The translations under genes and the position numbers were made by a program. A stretch of 61,082 nt of DNA, counting the filler, from Jimgerdemannia flammicorona (lineage: Eukaryota), in the NCBI GenBank assembly GCA_003990765.1. It is 3 parts of 3 records of this genome, joined end to end, with 100 filler letters (N's around TTAATTAATTAA, not from the genome) between each part and the next. Parts side by side here need not be neighbours in the genome. Positions count along the whole stretch, not along the records: positions 1 to 20,300 come from RBNJ01001714.1; 2 more parts are not named here. The stretch is one strand, 5' to 3'. Positions 1 through 11,561 of this stretch are shown here, one piece after another (within the stretch, counting starts at the first letter, position 1; each line of letters opens with the position of its first letter). The notes under the pieces are model-generated. The model saw only the letters and a program-made list of their open reading frames with translations, was not told where the DNA came from and searched no databases.

Positions 1-292
1 TTTTTTTTTTTTAGAGAATCAGTTTGGCACCGAAACCGGGGCCTTGGATAAACGAGGAAGCGCTAAGGCATCCGATATTTGAAAATCCCACGGAAACTTA
101 AATCTTTTTTTGTAGTCAAGGGATATTCGTGCTGGTGTGGCGATATTCTCGTACATTCCAGTGGCGTATTCGAATCCGCGTGTGGCGTTGCGGGATCTCA
201 AGAAGGATATTGAAGCCGACAAGTGTGGTGTGACGGGGTTTTAAATTGGACCTTCATCGTAATCACGGATCGAACTAGTTAAGCTTAGCTTT

Positions 293-471
293 CGGGACCG
301 CGACCCCAAAATAAGCTCAACTGTCGGGACCGCAGCACTTTTTTTGGTCGGCAATAGAATCATGCGCACAGTAGAGGAACTTTCATCGGGCCCGATACAG
401 GGGAATTTCCAAGTTAAGCTTGACGGGGCCGAACCCAAAATAAGCTAAGATGACATCAACTTTCGGCACCG
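293..471. promoter_or_regulatory. Cluster of five CGG-N2-CCG inverted triplet motifs upstream of the Zn2Cys6 gene
   Basis: CGGGACCG 293-300 and 325-332, CGGGCCCG 387-394, CGGGGCCG 424-431, CGGCACCG 464-471. Two more lie upstream of the paralog (3191, 3526). Function is inferred only. Confidence 0.35.
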
Positions 472-930
472 AACACATCCGTGCAGTATATATGTGACGG
501 GTCTTGGCCATTGTTTGGTCGGCGTTCGACTCCTTTTCATTCAAATTCATGGCCACCTTCGTGCCCAAACAATGATGCCTTTTTAAATAAGTAATTTATT
601 CCGCATAACCACAACTTCAGTGAATAAATTGCCGCCGGAGGCATTCACCTCCGATTCGAATTCCGAATTCAAGGCCACCTTCTCGGCCAACTTCAAGTTG
701 GACGAAGGTGCCTTTTGGAATAAGTAATTCAACCACCCTCCACCACTTTCTTCACAGCTAAAGAACGCCCATACTCGGCACTTTATGCAAGTGACACCTC
801 TCAACCCACATTTACATCACTTGGGCGTCCAAGCGAGCGCACAAGCGGCCCCTCGCAGGCCGGTGAATTCCTTGGTTCATACAAAGCCTATAGTTTACAA
901 GACGATGCTTCTCAACCACTTCAGAGTCCC

Positions 931-2508
931 TTGTCAGTCGATGCCCATCCAGCGTCCTCAGGCAGCGCTTCTCAACAACATATCATTTCCTCTGAATTTG
1001 CGGATCATTCTTTGTTTCAAACCTATGGATATCAGATTCTTTCTTCTGGAGCTGACCCCTTTTACGAGATCGATCCACTTACTTGGGTGGCACAAATCCC
1101 TCAAGCGTCCTGTCAATCACAGTCCTATCTCGCTCCGTTCGGCCAGAGGGACCTTGACATCGAATATTCTGCCAATGAAATCCCTTCGGATCTCGATTCC
1201 GCATCCCTTTTCGAGCTCTACTCTTTGGTCACTTCCCCTATGGCGACAAACAAAAATGCGATGGACGAGGGCACAAACATACTTGATTCGTCCTCTGAGG
1301 GTTTCACATGCACCGACAACACGCAACCGCCGCTTTCTATCTCATATGAAGGTTTCTCGTACGCCAACGTCACACAACCGCCGCGTGCTGCCTCGTCCGA
1401 AGCTTCTCCGTGGGCCAACGTCACGCAACCGCTGCATACTGACTTGTCCGAAGATTCTTTATGGGCCAACGCCACGAAATCGCCGCGTGCCGCCTCGTCC
1501 GAAGGTTCTTCGTGGGCCAACACCATGCAACCGCCATGTGCTGCCTTGTCCAAAGGTTTTTCGGGGGCCAACGCCACGCAACCGCCGCGCGTCGCCTTGT
1601 CCAAAGGTTCTTCGGGGACCAAAGCCACGCAACCGCCTCGTATCGCCTTGTCCGAAGGGGTTTCGGGGACCAACGTCACGCAACCGCCTCTTTCCGTCTC
1701 ATCCGAAGGTTTCTCGTACACCAACACCATGCAACCGCCGCATGCCGCCTCGCCCGAAGGTTCTTCGTGGGCCAACGCCACGCAACCGCCGCTTTCCGTC
1801 TCATCGGAAGGTTTCTCGTACATCAACGCCACGCAACCGCCGTGTGCCGCCTCGCCCAAAGGTTCTTCGTGGGACAACGCTACTCGATCGCCGCGTGTCG
1901 CCTCGTCCGAAGGTTCCTCGTGGGGCAACGTCACACAGCCACCGCGTGCCACCTCATCCGAAGGTTCTTCGGGCACAAATGCCACGCAACCACCGTGTGC
2001 CGTCTCTTCGGAGGTCAACGCCACGCAACCGCCACGTGCCGCCTCACCCGAGGACCCTTCGTGCGCCAACGCCGCGCCAGTGCCGCCTGCAGCGTTCTCC
2101 TCCCAGAGCGCTCCAATGCCCATTCAAAATGAAGACTGTCTTGAATGTTTGCGGAAAAGGATACGAAAGAAAAAACGATGTGTAATTCATGCCTCCGAGA
2201 CACCGAGGAACAAGCCCGGGACGGCGTGTGACAGATGCAAGTCCGACAAGAAAAAGTGTCTCCCCTCTGTTCCCTCTTTGGGTTGCCAACGCTGTATCGA
2301 AGGTGGTAAACATTGCTCAATGGCTATGTCCAAAGCCGATAACGAGAGAGACCAGTCTCCTTCGGTCAAGTTTAAACATCCTCGTTACCACTTAGCTGGC
2401 TCAAAGGATACAGATGAATCTGAATCAGTTGGTAAAAGTCATAGGGTTTATAAATTTGTAGATGGTCTTTCATCGCGTTCCGGACGTCCAGGCAGGGTGT
2501 ATGAGTAA
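931..2508 (+). CDS. Zn(II)2Cys6 (fungal binuclear cluster) protein with a 17-aa tandem repeat region; true start unresolved (ORF opens at TTG, upstream exon possible)
   Basis: CDRCKSDKKKCLPSVPSLGCQRCIEGGKHC at 2227-2316 fits C-x2-C-x6-C-x8-C-x2-C-x6-C. A basic NLS-like RKRIRKKKR precedes it. The sequence is CpG-rich and not decayed. Confidence 0.75.
   Translation: MSVDAHPASSGSASQQHIISSEFADHSLFQTYGYQILSSGADPFYEIDPLTWVAQIPQASCQSQSYLAPFGQRDLDIEYSANEIPSDLDSASLFELYSLVTSPMATNKNAMDEGTNILDSSSEGFTCTDNTQPPLSISYEGFSYANVTQPPRAASSEASPWANVTQPLHTDLSEDSLWANATKSPRAASSEGSSWANTMQPPCAALSKGFSGANATQPPRVALSKGSSGTKATQPPRIALSEGVSGTNVTQPPLSVSSEGFSYTNTMQPPHAASPEGSSWANATQPPLSVSSEGFSYINATQPPCAASPKGSSWDNATRSPRVASSEGSSWGNVTQPPRATSSEGSSGTNATQPPCAVSSEVNATQPPRAASPEDPSCANAAPVPPAAFSSQSAPMPIQNEDCLECLRKRIRKKKRCVIHASETPRNKPGTACDRCKSDKKKCLPSVPSLGCQRCIEGGKHCSMAMSKADNERDQSPSVKFKHPRYHLAGSKDTDESESVGKSHRVYKFVDGLSSRSGRPGRVYE
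1282..2060 (+). repeat. Coding minisatellite, 51-bp unit (ANATQPPRAASSEGSSW-like), about 15 copies
   Basis: Repeated GCCAACGCCACGCAACCGCCGCGTGCCGCCTCGTCCGAAGGTTCTTCGTGG-type units. Confidence 0.9.
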
Positions 2509-3289
2509 CCGCAGCGGCAGTACTTTTCTCAAGCGTTTGTAGTCTTCCTGATCCAACCATCTTGCTAGCACAGCGTTGTATTTCTTCGTCTCTTGTGTTA
2601 TATTTTTTGTCCGTCACCTCTTATGAATTGTGAATGCATTCTTTTGTGTCCAAATTGCATTAATAAAAATATCAATATACAATAGACGGCTAAGGATATG
2701 CATGGCAGTTCTCGCCGATTCCATACACCCAAAAATTGTAGCGTACATCGTGTCGAACTCTTCAACAGGTTCAATTGCCTGACCACTATGTTCTTAACGA
2801 ACTGGGGGTATTTTTGCGTTCTCCGGAATGAGATGAATCACACAATTCCACTGAAAGTGAGGTATCAATACGTAAATTGTATTTCAAACAATTTCTCTTT
2901 GTGGCGCGGTAACTGCATCTGGCCTAAATGATATATCATATCAAGCTGATTTCGCCGTGATTTAATGCGGAACGAAACAAGCGACCGCTCAATAGAGCTC
3001 AGAACAAGAAAGAAAACGATGCGCAAAATGTGTATTTTGTGTTCGAATTTTATATGCAAGATGGTACCGAAACTGGGACCTTGGACTTGTATGTTCAGGT
3101 GGCGTATTCGAATCGGCGCGGGACATCTCAAGAAGGATAATGAATGTCCAGTCCCGGCCGATAGGTATGGTGTGGTGTGACGGTTTTTATCGGGACCGAT
3201 AGTATATATATACAAATCGAACAAGTTAAGGGATTGTGTTTTTTGGGTGGCGTGTTAGATGATTTTTAAATCACACCCAGCGGCCTGGC

Positions 3290-3415
3290 CTCGGCGAAGG
3301 AGACCTGATCTCGGTGAAGGCCAAAGGTGATCTGATCTCGTTGAAGGAGGCCTCGACGAAGAGGATCAGACCTCGGTGAAGGGAGCGAAGGAAACCTGAT
3401 CTCGGTGAAAGGAAC
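3290..3415 (+). repeat. Short degenerate tandem repeat (ACCTGATCTCGGTGAAGG-like, 5-6 copies)
   Basis: Recurrent CTCGG[CT]GAAGG cores; absent from the first duplicate. Confidence 0.7.
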
Positions 3416-3800
3416 CGTGTATTCCTCTGCCACCTAAAAGGATGTAAGCTTGTGCAGACTTGGCAGACTTGGCACGAAGGGGGGGGGGGGTATCACAGCC
3501 GGGAATCCAAAATAAGATCAACTGTCGGGACCGAACACATCGGTTCAGTATAAGACGGGACTTTGATCATTGTTTCTCCAATTCAAGGCCACCTTCACAG
3601 GAGAACGATGGTGTGAATAAGTAATTTAATCCGCATATCCAGTCTTTGACACAGAACATAGAGCTAGAGGCACAAATTCTCATCAACTTCTATATTCCCC
3701 GGCGGCATTCATTCGAATTCAGGGATTCAAGGCCACCTTTCCGGCCTACTTTATGTAGGACGGAAGGGCTTCTTTGAATAATCCAACCTGAATAGCTATC

Positions 3801-5012
3801 ATGCGATTTTGTGGATTGCTAACATTACCTTTCGTTAGTTTATACCACGAGTGGAAGCATTTAATAGCTGTGTGCTACGAAGCCTTCCAACATCCTATCA
3901 ACCACAGCTCTATCTCGCACCGTTTAGCCAGAGGAACCTTAATATCGAATCTTCTAACAATGAAGAATTCCTTTCCGATCTCGATCTCAGTCCCTCTTGG
4001 AGCTCTACGCTCAGTTCTCTTCCTTTTTGACGTCAACGACCATATGAACGACGAGGGTACAAGCGCGCTCGATTCGTCCTCTGAAGGGTTCACATGCACC
4101 AACGCCATGCAACCTCCACCTGCCATCTTGTCAGAAGGTTCTCCGTGGGCCAACACAACTACCGCGTGCCAAAGGTTCTTCCTGGTCCAATACAAGGCGG
4201 CACGCGGCGATTGCATGGCGTTGGCCCACGAAGAACCTTTGGGCGAGGCGGCACGCGGTGGTTGCGTAGCGTTGACCCACGAGGAGCCTTCGGACGAGAT
4301 AGCACGCAGCGGTTGCGTGGAATTTGCGCACGAGAAGCCTTCGGGGGCCAACGCCACGCAACCGCCGCGTATCGCCTTGTTCGAAGGTTCTTCGGTCACA
4401 AATGCCACGCAACCGCCGCGTGTCGCCTCATCCGAAGGTTCCTCGTTGGGCAACGCCGCACAGCCACCGCATGCCACCTCGTCCGAAGGCTCTTCGGGTA
4501 CAAACGCCACGCAACCACCGCATGCTGTCTCTTGGGGGCCCAACGCCACGCATCCGCCACGTGCAGCCTCACCCGAAGATCCTTTGTGCGTCAACGTTAC
4601 GCCAGTGCTGCCTGCAGTGTTCGCCTCCCAGAGCGCCCCAATGTCCGTTCAAGCTGAAGACTGTCTTGAATGTTTGCGGAAAAGGAAACGAAAGAAAAAA
4701 CGATGTGTAATTCATGCCTTTGAGACACCGAGGAACAAGCCCGGGAAGGCGTGTGACGGATGCAAGTCCGACAAGAAAAAGTGCCTCCCCTCTGTTTCTC
4801 TTTTGGGTTGCCGACGCTATATCAAAGGTGGTAAACATTGCTCAATGGTTATGGCGAAAGCTGATAACGGGAGGGACCAGTCTCCTTCGGTCAAGTTTAA
4901 ATGTCCTCGTCACCACTTAGCTGGATCAAAGGATACAGATGGATCTGAGTCAGTTAGTAATAGTCATAGGGTTTTTAAATTTGTAAATGTCCAGGCAGGG
5001 ACGTATGAGTAA
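3801..5012 (+). pseudogene. Paralog of the Zn2Cys6 repeat gene, probably degenerate
   Basis: The fifth cluster Cys is Tyr (GCRRYIKGGKHC). The 5' homologous part is out of frame relative to copy 1. About 150 bp of the repeat array is inverted (~4190-4344). Confidence 0.65.
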
Positions 5013-5131
5013 TCGTAGTGACAGAACCTTTCTCGAAGCGTTTGTAGTCATATTTTTAATCCAATGGTCTTGCTAGCACAATATTGTATTTATTCTTCTC
5101 CTGTGTTATATTTCTTGTCCTTCCAGTGTAG

Positions 5132-5976
5132 TGTAACGTGCCGGCTCAATGGAGGCAAATTACAAGGTTGGGGTTACTATGTAGCTTGGCTTGAGCCCCC
5201 AGTTACTTTGTCAAAAAGCAACAAAATGTTCTCAGAATATAGGTGCAAGTTCTGTTTCACATAACGCGCGATTTCCTAATTAGGCGGTGAATTCCTAGGT
5301 AGCATGAATTTCCTTGGATGGTGGGTGATGCAGATTCTTTCTGAATCAGTGGGCTTCTTGAATAAAGCAGATAACTCGGATGGCACAGATTCTTCCTGAA
5401 TAAGCAGACTTCTTGAATAAAGTGAATAACTTGAGTGACATGGATTCTTCCCAAATTGGCAGACTTCTTCTTCTTTATATTAGAAAGGAGACTGGAGTAG
5501 AAAAAGAAGCTCACAATCTCCTAAGTAGTGGCTGTAGAGCAGATGTTTCTCCTAAGTGTTGCAATCCTTTCTAGATCAAGTGACTTTGGGCAGATATATC
5601 CCTTGAAGTACTATATTAGACAGACTTGTCTTTTGCTTTGGACCTTTTTAGATTAAGGTTTATTTACTCAAATCTATAAGGCATTTTATACAGTTATGGT
5701 TACTATCTAGTTGCTACATATCTGGGTAATTATATAATGCACAGTAATGCTACTTTAGAGAGAGAGTGACCAGGTGTACCTGCTGGAGACAGGTATGTCT
5801 GATGGATACAGATATGTCTACTAGACATAGGTATGTTCTTAGAATATAGATCAATATATCAGATTTGATATATCTGACTAATTATATAAGTTATAATACA
5901 TGTGGGTAATTAGGTAGATAACTATACTATACTGAGTATTTATATCATCTGACTATACTATTATTCACTCATCACA
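5132..5976 (-). mobile_element. 3' LTR of a decayed minus-strand Ty3/gypsy element, related to the 29956-31426 LTR
   Basis: 5132-5240 is the reverse complement of ~31320-31426. Minus-strand termini are TGTGAT...GTTACA. A PPT-like decayed tract is adjacent at ~5977-6015. Confidence 0.7.
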
Positions 5977-6981
5977 TCAGTCTTTACTAGAGGGTAGTTT
6001 GTCCTCAGACTGTTCTTTAGTTATTATTGTAGTATTTAGAGCATCTTTTGCATCTATATCTATACCATTATCTTCTTTAGTATCTGAATCACTCTATTTT
6101 AGAGGCTCTTCTTCTTCTTTGGGGAACAGAACTTTGATATAATTGATAATACTTAGATAGATAGATTGAGTCATTCATTAAAAGTTATTTAGAGAGAACT
6201 GATATAAGCACACAATCTCCAAGCTACCAAAATTACATATTACTCTCAGAACAAATTCAGAAATCATATGTAAGATCATGAAGCTAAGTCAAACTAAAGT
6301 TACAGATCACAAAGCTGAGTCAACTTGAAGTTATAGAATACAAGACTTATGAAAACAAAACCTTATTAATCAGAACTGAAAGTATATATACTGAATATAT
6401 AGATATGTCAAAATAGAGAACTACAACAAACTAAACAAACAACTATAACTCTTAAATAAAAACCAAACATGACTACTGAAATCTACAACTATATCTATGC
6501 TGATATTTGGATTATTATTATCAACTGAGCAATAGCTTCTTTACTTCTTATGAATATCTATAGCCTAGCACCTCTCTATTTTGTAGAAGCCTGATAGAAT
6601 GCTCTGAATATACTTAGTGAGGTCTACTGAATTGAACAAATCTCAAGCTACTACTAGATCAGCTACCTTCTAGAAGATATGGTTAGCCATCACTATAATA
6701 TAGATATTATTAAAATGTCTCAATATCAGAAACTCATCACTCATAAATACTAAGAACTCTTCTACAAGTATAGTACCTTTATTCCCTATCTCTGAGTTAC
6801 TACTGCTGAAATAGTTGTTACTCTGTCCTATGACCAAATTGATGATATGGTATAAGAACTCAATTACAAGTATATTAAGTATATCCAAATTACAGACAGA
6901 TCCTTCCTGCACCCTAATGATTATATTCTACAAATACCCCAAGTTGGATATACCATAAAGAATATCTATGATATAATCTAG

Positions 6982-7457
6982 TATGATGGTACAGCTAAAT
7001 TTGGAAGAAGAAAATAGGGAATAGACACTTGATCGCACCCATTTCCAAAGTAGTATAGCCTTATAGTTAGCAGTCCTTGATTTTGACATTGTCTAAATTC
7101 TTAGACATTGTCTAAATTTTAGACATTATCCAAATCGGATATCCCGATTTAGTATAGCATTTAGACATTGTCCAAATGTTTCGACAAAGTCCAAATGACT
7201 CATTTATTACTTAGCCATCCTCTCATAGCTAGCAAACTTGTATAAATAACCCAGTATCTTCGAGTGAATAAACCTCAGATCGAAATAGTTCAAAGCAAAG
7301 AGATAGCAAAGGAACTAGTAAACCTGCGGGCAGATACACTTTGAACTCACCCACCCTCCCCTGCAACTTCAAGAGACTCTGCAAGAGTCAGAACAGTCAA
7401 GTTTTCAAGATACAGAAATCTGACATACTTTCAAGAGTAAGCGTCCACTATGTTATA
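6982..7457 (+). repeat. 5' LTR
   Basis: Near-identical to 13236-13711. TG..CA termini decayed to TA..TA. TATAAATA at ~7241 and AATAAA at ~7267. Confidence 0.95.
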
Positions 7458-7460
7458 ACT

Positions 7461-7477
7461 TGGTGCCCATTGGCTGG
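7461..7477 (+). promoter_or_regulatory. tRNA primer-binding site (tRNA identity not determined)
   Basis: TGGTGCCCATTGGCTGG 3 nt after the 5' LTR. Confidence 0.7.
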
Positions 7478-7571
7478 TGATTCAAGATGAATTCCTCACT
7501 TTCAAGCTGAACAACGAACAACCACCACTACCTAAACAACCATACAAACCAAGCCCCAATACCCAGATAAG

Positions 7572-10500
7572 ATGGATATGAGACTGCCAGTATTCCATAG
7601 ATATACCTCAGATGAATCAATCATTACCTTCATTGACAATTTCGAGCAGTATGCTGCTGTAAGGACTCTGACAGCAGCACAGCAAGTAGCCCTCATGCCC
7701 TTCAGTCTACGAGGCCCTGCCAGAGCAGCATTCACAGCTGCAACCTATGCAGGAAATGATGCTGATGCTGTACTGACAGCACAGAAGATCTGGCTCCGAA
7801 ATACATATTACACAGACAAGATCAAGCAAGCCCTGAAGGATCAGCTCAACACAACATGCCAAGGAATGAGCAAGGACCCAAACACATTCTATACCAGAAT
7901 TTGATATCAGATAATTCTTGCAGATTATGCTGCTGCTATCCAAGATCAAGTAGCCGAAGCAACCTTCATGAAAGGAGTCTATCCAGAAATAGCCATGGCC
8001 ATCTGCTCATCACTAGTGATTCTGGATCTGCCACAAAAGGTCACCTATACTCAGCAATACTGGATAGCCAGACACCCACAAGACCATACAATGGAGAGAG
8101 TTACAGGAGTCAGAATCAAGGCACCCAAGGCAACCAGTGTGATCCCCACCACAATGATCAATCGAAACACACCTCAGCCAAAAGCTACAGAACAGCAAAA
8201 GAACAGTGACACTATAGAGGAACTTGCCAAAAGGTTTGCTGAAATGACTGCCCACCTGGGAGATGTGGTAAAGGAAATCCAAGGAAGAGATCGCCGCCCT
8301 GTTCAGAAGTTTGCCACCACCTCAGACAAGAAGAAAGGTACCTGCTACAGCTGCGGAGAAGAAGACCACTACTCCTATAAATGTATGAGTGAAACCAAAC
8401 ACAAGGCTCAACCAAGCAATGCCACACAAAACAAGGAGCAGGCCAATACAATCACCTTTGAAGAAATCGGAGAATCTGATGAAGAGGAATGGGAGGCCTA
8501 TCCTGCTCAGACCACCAAGAAGGATGCTCGCAAAGAACCCTACAAGAGACTGCCAGGAAGACCTAAGAAGAACCCAGTGGAAAAGCAGATGGAAACTGAT
8601 ACAGAAAGCCAAGCTGAAGAGATGGACCAGGATATCGAGCTGGAGCAAGCAGTTCAAGATATCATCTGAGGAACCACTCCAGCCAGTGAAGGAGAAAAAG
8701 AAAAGAAGCTTTGCAAGATCAAGACCTTCAAGTATGATATCTTCAAGGATCTCAGTCAACAAAAGGTCAATGCAACCTTTGGTCAGCTCGCAGAAATCCC
8801 AACATTCAGACAGCAAATGAGGTTTGGACTTGCCGAAACAACCAAGGAACAAGGATGGAAGATAACCAAGACCAATAATGTTCAAGAGGACTCAGGAGAA
8901 GAAAGTGAGGACAATCGCAAAACCTCTGCTTATGCAACATGCCAAATCAAAGATAGAATCTTTGAAGCCATCATTGACACAGGAGCAGGAGGATGTCTCC
9001 TCAGTAAGAAGGCAGCAGACCACCTAGGTTGGGATGTGGAAGAAGCAACTAAGCTAGTATTCATCACAGCCGATGGCACAAGAGCCACACCTCTGGGAAA
9101 GATCCGAGATGTTCCCATCAAGATCGGAGGAGCAACAATCCCAGATATAATCGTAACCAATGCCACCAACTATGACATCCTCATCGGTAATCAATGGCTT
9201 CACAAAGCCAAGGCAGTAATCAATCTCAATGCCCAGAAGATGCAAATCACCTACCAGGGACAGAAGATATGAATTCCCATCAACGTCAACAAAGGAGTCC
9301 TGCTCAATATGGAGGAAGAAGAGAGTGAGTAAGAGGAAGCTTATATGGTAACTACTCCAAAGAAGAAGAAAGTTAGATGGATGAGTGAAGAAGAATGGTG
9401 CAAGAAGATTGCCGAAGGCTATGCCCCACAAGGAGTCTGTCCTTATAGAATCAAGATGTACTGTATAGAGCATGTCAATGATTGCTACCAGTGCACCATC
9501 AGAACCAAGAAGATCTACCAGGAAAGGAGGCAGAAAGCTCTTGAAAAACAGATCAGGGAGGAAGAGAAGGAGGAAGATGATGAACCACCAGCCCTCCTGG
9601 AGGACAGTGATGATAAAGAAGAAATCAAGGTCAAGATTCGAAAGATCCACCCTGATGCAGTCTTGCCAGAATACAAGTCAGAAAATGCAGCCGGAATAGA
9701 CATCACTATAGTAGAAGAAACTGTACTGGAACCCCAGACAACCACCCTACTCGCAACTGGACTGAAGATGACCATCCCAAAGGATCATGTCGGGATTCTC
9801 AAGACAAGAAGCAGCCTGGCTAGAAGCAAAATCACAATTGAAAGAGGAGTCATTGATTCAGACTATACTGGAGAAATTCTACTCATTGCTAGGAACCACA
9901 ATCCTACAATTCCATTCCCAGTCAAGAAGAAGGACCGATTGGCACAGATGTTGATCTTCCCAATCATATAGCCAAGGATCATAGAAGTCAAGAATCTGGA
10001 GGAAATGAAAAGAGGAAAGAAAGGATTCGGATCCACAGGAAGAGGAGTATTCACCAGCACCAAGATTACTGAACTCAAGCATAAGAAGGATGAAAATATG
10101 AGTAAGCACAGTTACACCATTGGAGATGAATTCTCACTCAAGGAGGAACTCAAGAAAATACTCCACAAATTCGAGGATGTCCTTGCCACAGATTTCAAGG
10201 ATATCAAGGGAAAAACCCCACACTACTATTATGAGGTAGATACCAGAGACACTGAACCAATTTATCAGAAGGCAAGACCTGTCCCACCAGCCTACTGAGA
10301 ATGGCTCAGAGAAGAAATCAAGCAGATAGAAGAAGCCAGTATCATCAAAGAAGCCAGCAGCCCCTGGTCTTCACCAGTTATACTAGCCCCAAAAAAAGGA
10401 AGCAAACCTGGAGAATTTGCCCCAAGGCTCTGTATCGACTATAGAAAGCTCAATGCAGTTACCAAGAAGGATCATCAACCACTACCACTCATCAGTGACA

Positions 10501-11561
10501 TCCTTATAATACTGGGAGATGAAGCACAGTACTACAGCACCCTGGACTTATACTCAGGATTCCACCAAATCGGACTCACAGAAGTGGCAAGTGAAAAGTC
10601 AGCCTTCATCACCCCAGACGGAACCTACATCTACCTACGAATACCATTCGGAATGTGCAATGCACCAGCAAGCTTTCAGCAAATGATGAAAAAAATCTTC
10701 CGCTATGACATGGGAAGATAGATGATAGTCTATGTCAATGATATAATCATCTACAGCAAGACACCTGAGGAACATCTGCAGCATATACAGCAGATAATGG
10801 AGAGACTAAGACAACATGGCCTTTATATCAAACCCAAGAAGTGCAAGTTTGCGGAAATCGAGATCTCCTATCTTGGCCATATTATCAATCAAGATAGAAC
10901 ACACATGGACCCCCTCAAAATACAAGCAGTAGCAGCATACCCAAGGCCCACTACTGTTACAGAAGCCCAAGCCTTCATGAGACTCGCCTCCTACTATCGC
11001 AGTTTTATTAGAGGATTCTCCAACATCGCAGGTCCAATCTACGAACTCAACAAGAAGGATACCAAGTTCCAGTGGACTGGTAGACAATAAGAAGCATTTG
11101 ATGAACTCAAGGTCAGACTAACTCAGGCACCCATCCTCAGACAACCCAATTGGACCCAAGAATTTATCCTTCAGATAGATGCAAGTGCACAGGGACTAGG
11201 AGCAGTCCTAGCTCAAAAAGAAGACAAAAAAGAGTATGTCATTGCATATCTTAGCTGCGGAACCTGAGGAGCTGAAAAAGAATATGAGTCCTACAAGTTG
11301 GAATGCCTTGTAGTCATCTGGGCTGTGGAAAAGTTCCACTACTACCTGGCCAGAAGACACTTCACCATCCAGACGGACCACTCAGCTCTCACCTAGCTAC
11401 TGACAACTGGACAACCCAAGGGAATCTATGCCAGATGGATAATGAAGTTACAAGCCTATGATGTAACCATCGTACACTGCCCTGGAAGAACAAATTCCAA
11501 TGCAGATGCTCTCTCACAGACACCTCGAACTATCTCCAACCAACAAATCAATCATGAATAA
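7572..11561 (+). pseudogene. gag-pol: gag-protease-dUTPase-RT-RNaseH polyprotein in one frame with premature stops
   Basis: Zinc knuckle CYSCGEEDHYSYKC; protease IIDTGAG; dUTPase GVIDSDYTGEI and RGKKGFGSTG; RT RLCIDYRKLN, PFGMCNAP, YVND; RNaseH DAS..GLGAVL and NADALS. All ORF-track pieces share one frame. Confidence 0.95.
9621..10045 (+). pseudogene. dut: Trimeric dUTPase domain within pol
   Basis: Motifs AAGIDI, RSSLA, GVIDSDYTGEI, DRLAQM, RGKKGFGSTG. Confidence 0.92.

Larger units (their letters stand above)
3055..5125 (+). repeat. Diverged tandem duplicate of the ~20-2620 locus (upstream region, gene and 3' flank)
   Basis: Shared upstream blocks (GTGGCGTATTCGAATC...ATCTCAAGAAGGATA; AACTGTCGGGACCG; TTCAAGGCCACCTT) and a near-identical C-terminal coding region and 3' UTR. 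Confidence 0.85.

Noticed and set aside
1282..2060. CRISPR-like regular repeats
   Set aside because: Contiguous 51-bp coding units with no unique spacers and no cas genes, in a eukaryotic context.
785..2185. Long alternative-frame and antisense ORFs (785-2185, 1218-2123, 1461-2132)
   Set aside because: Shadows of a stop-free GC-rich repeat. Only the 931 frame leads into the Zn2Cys6 motif.
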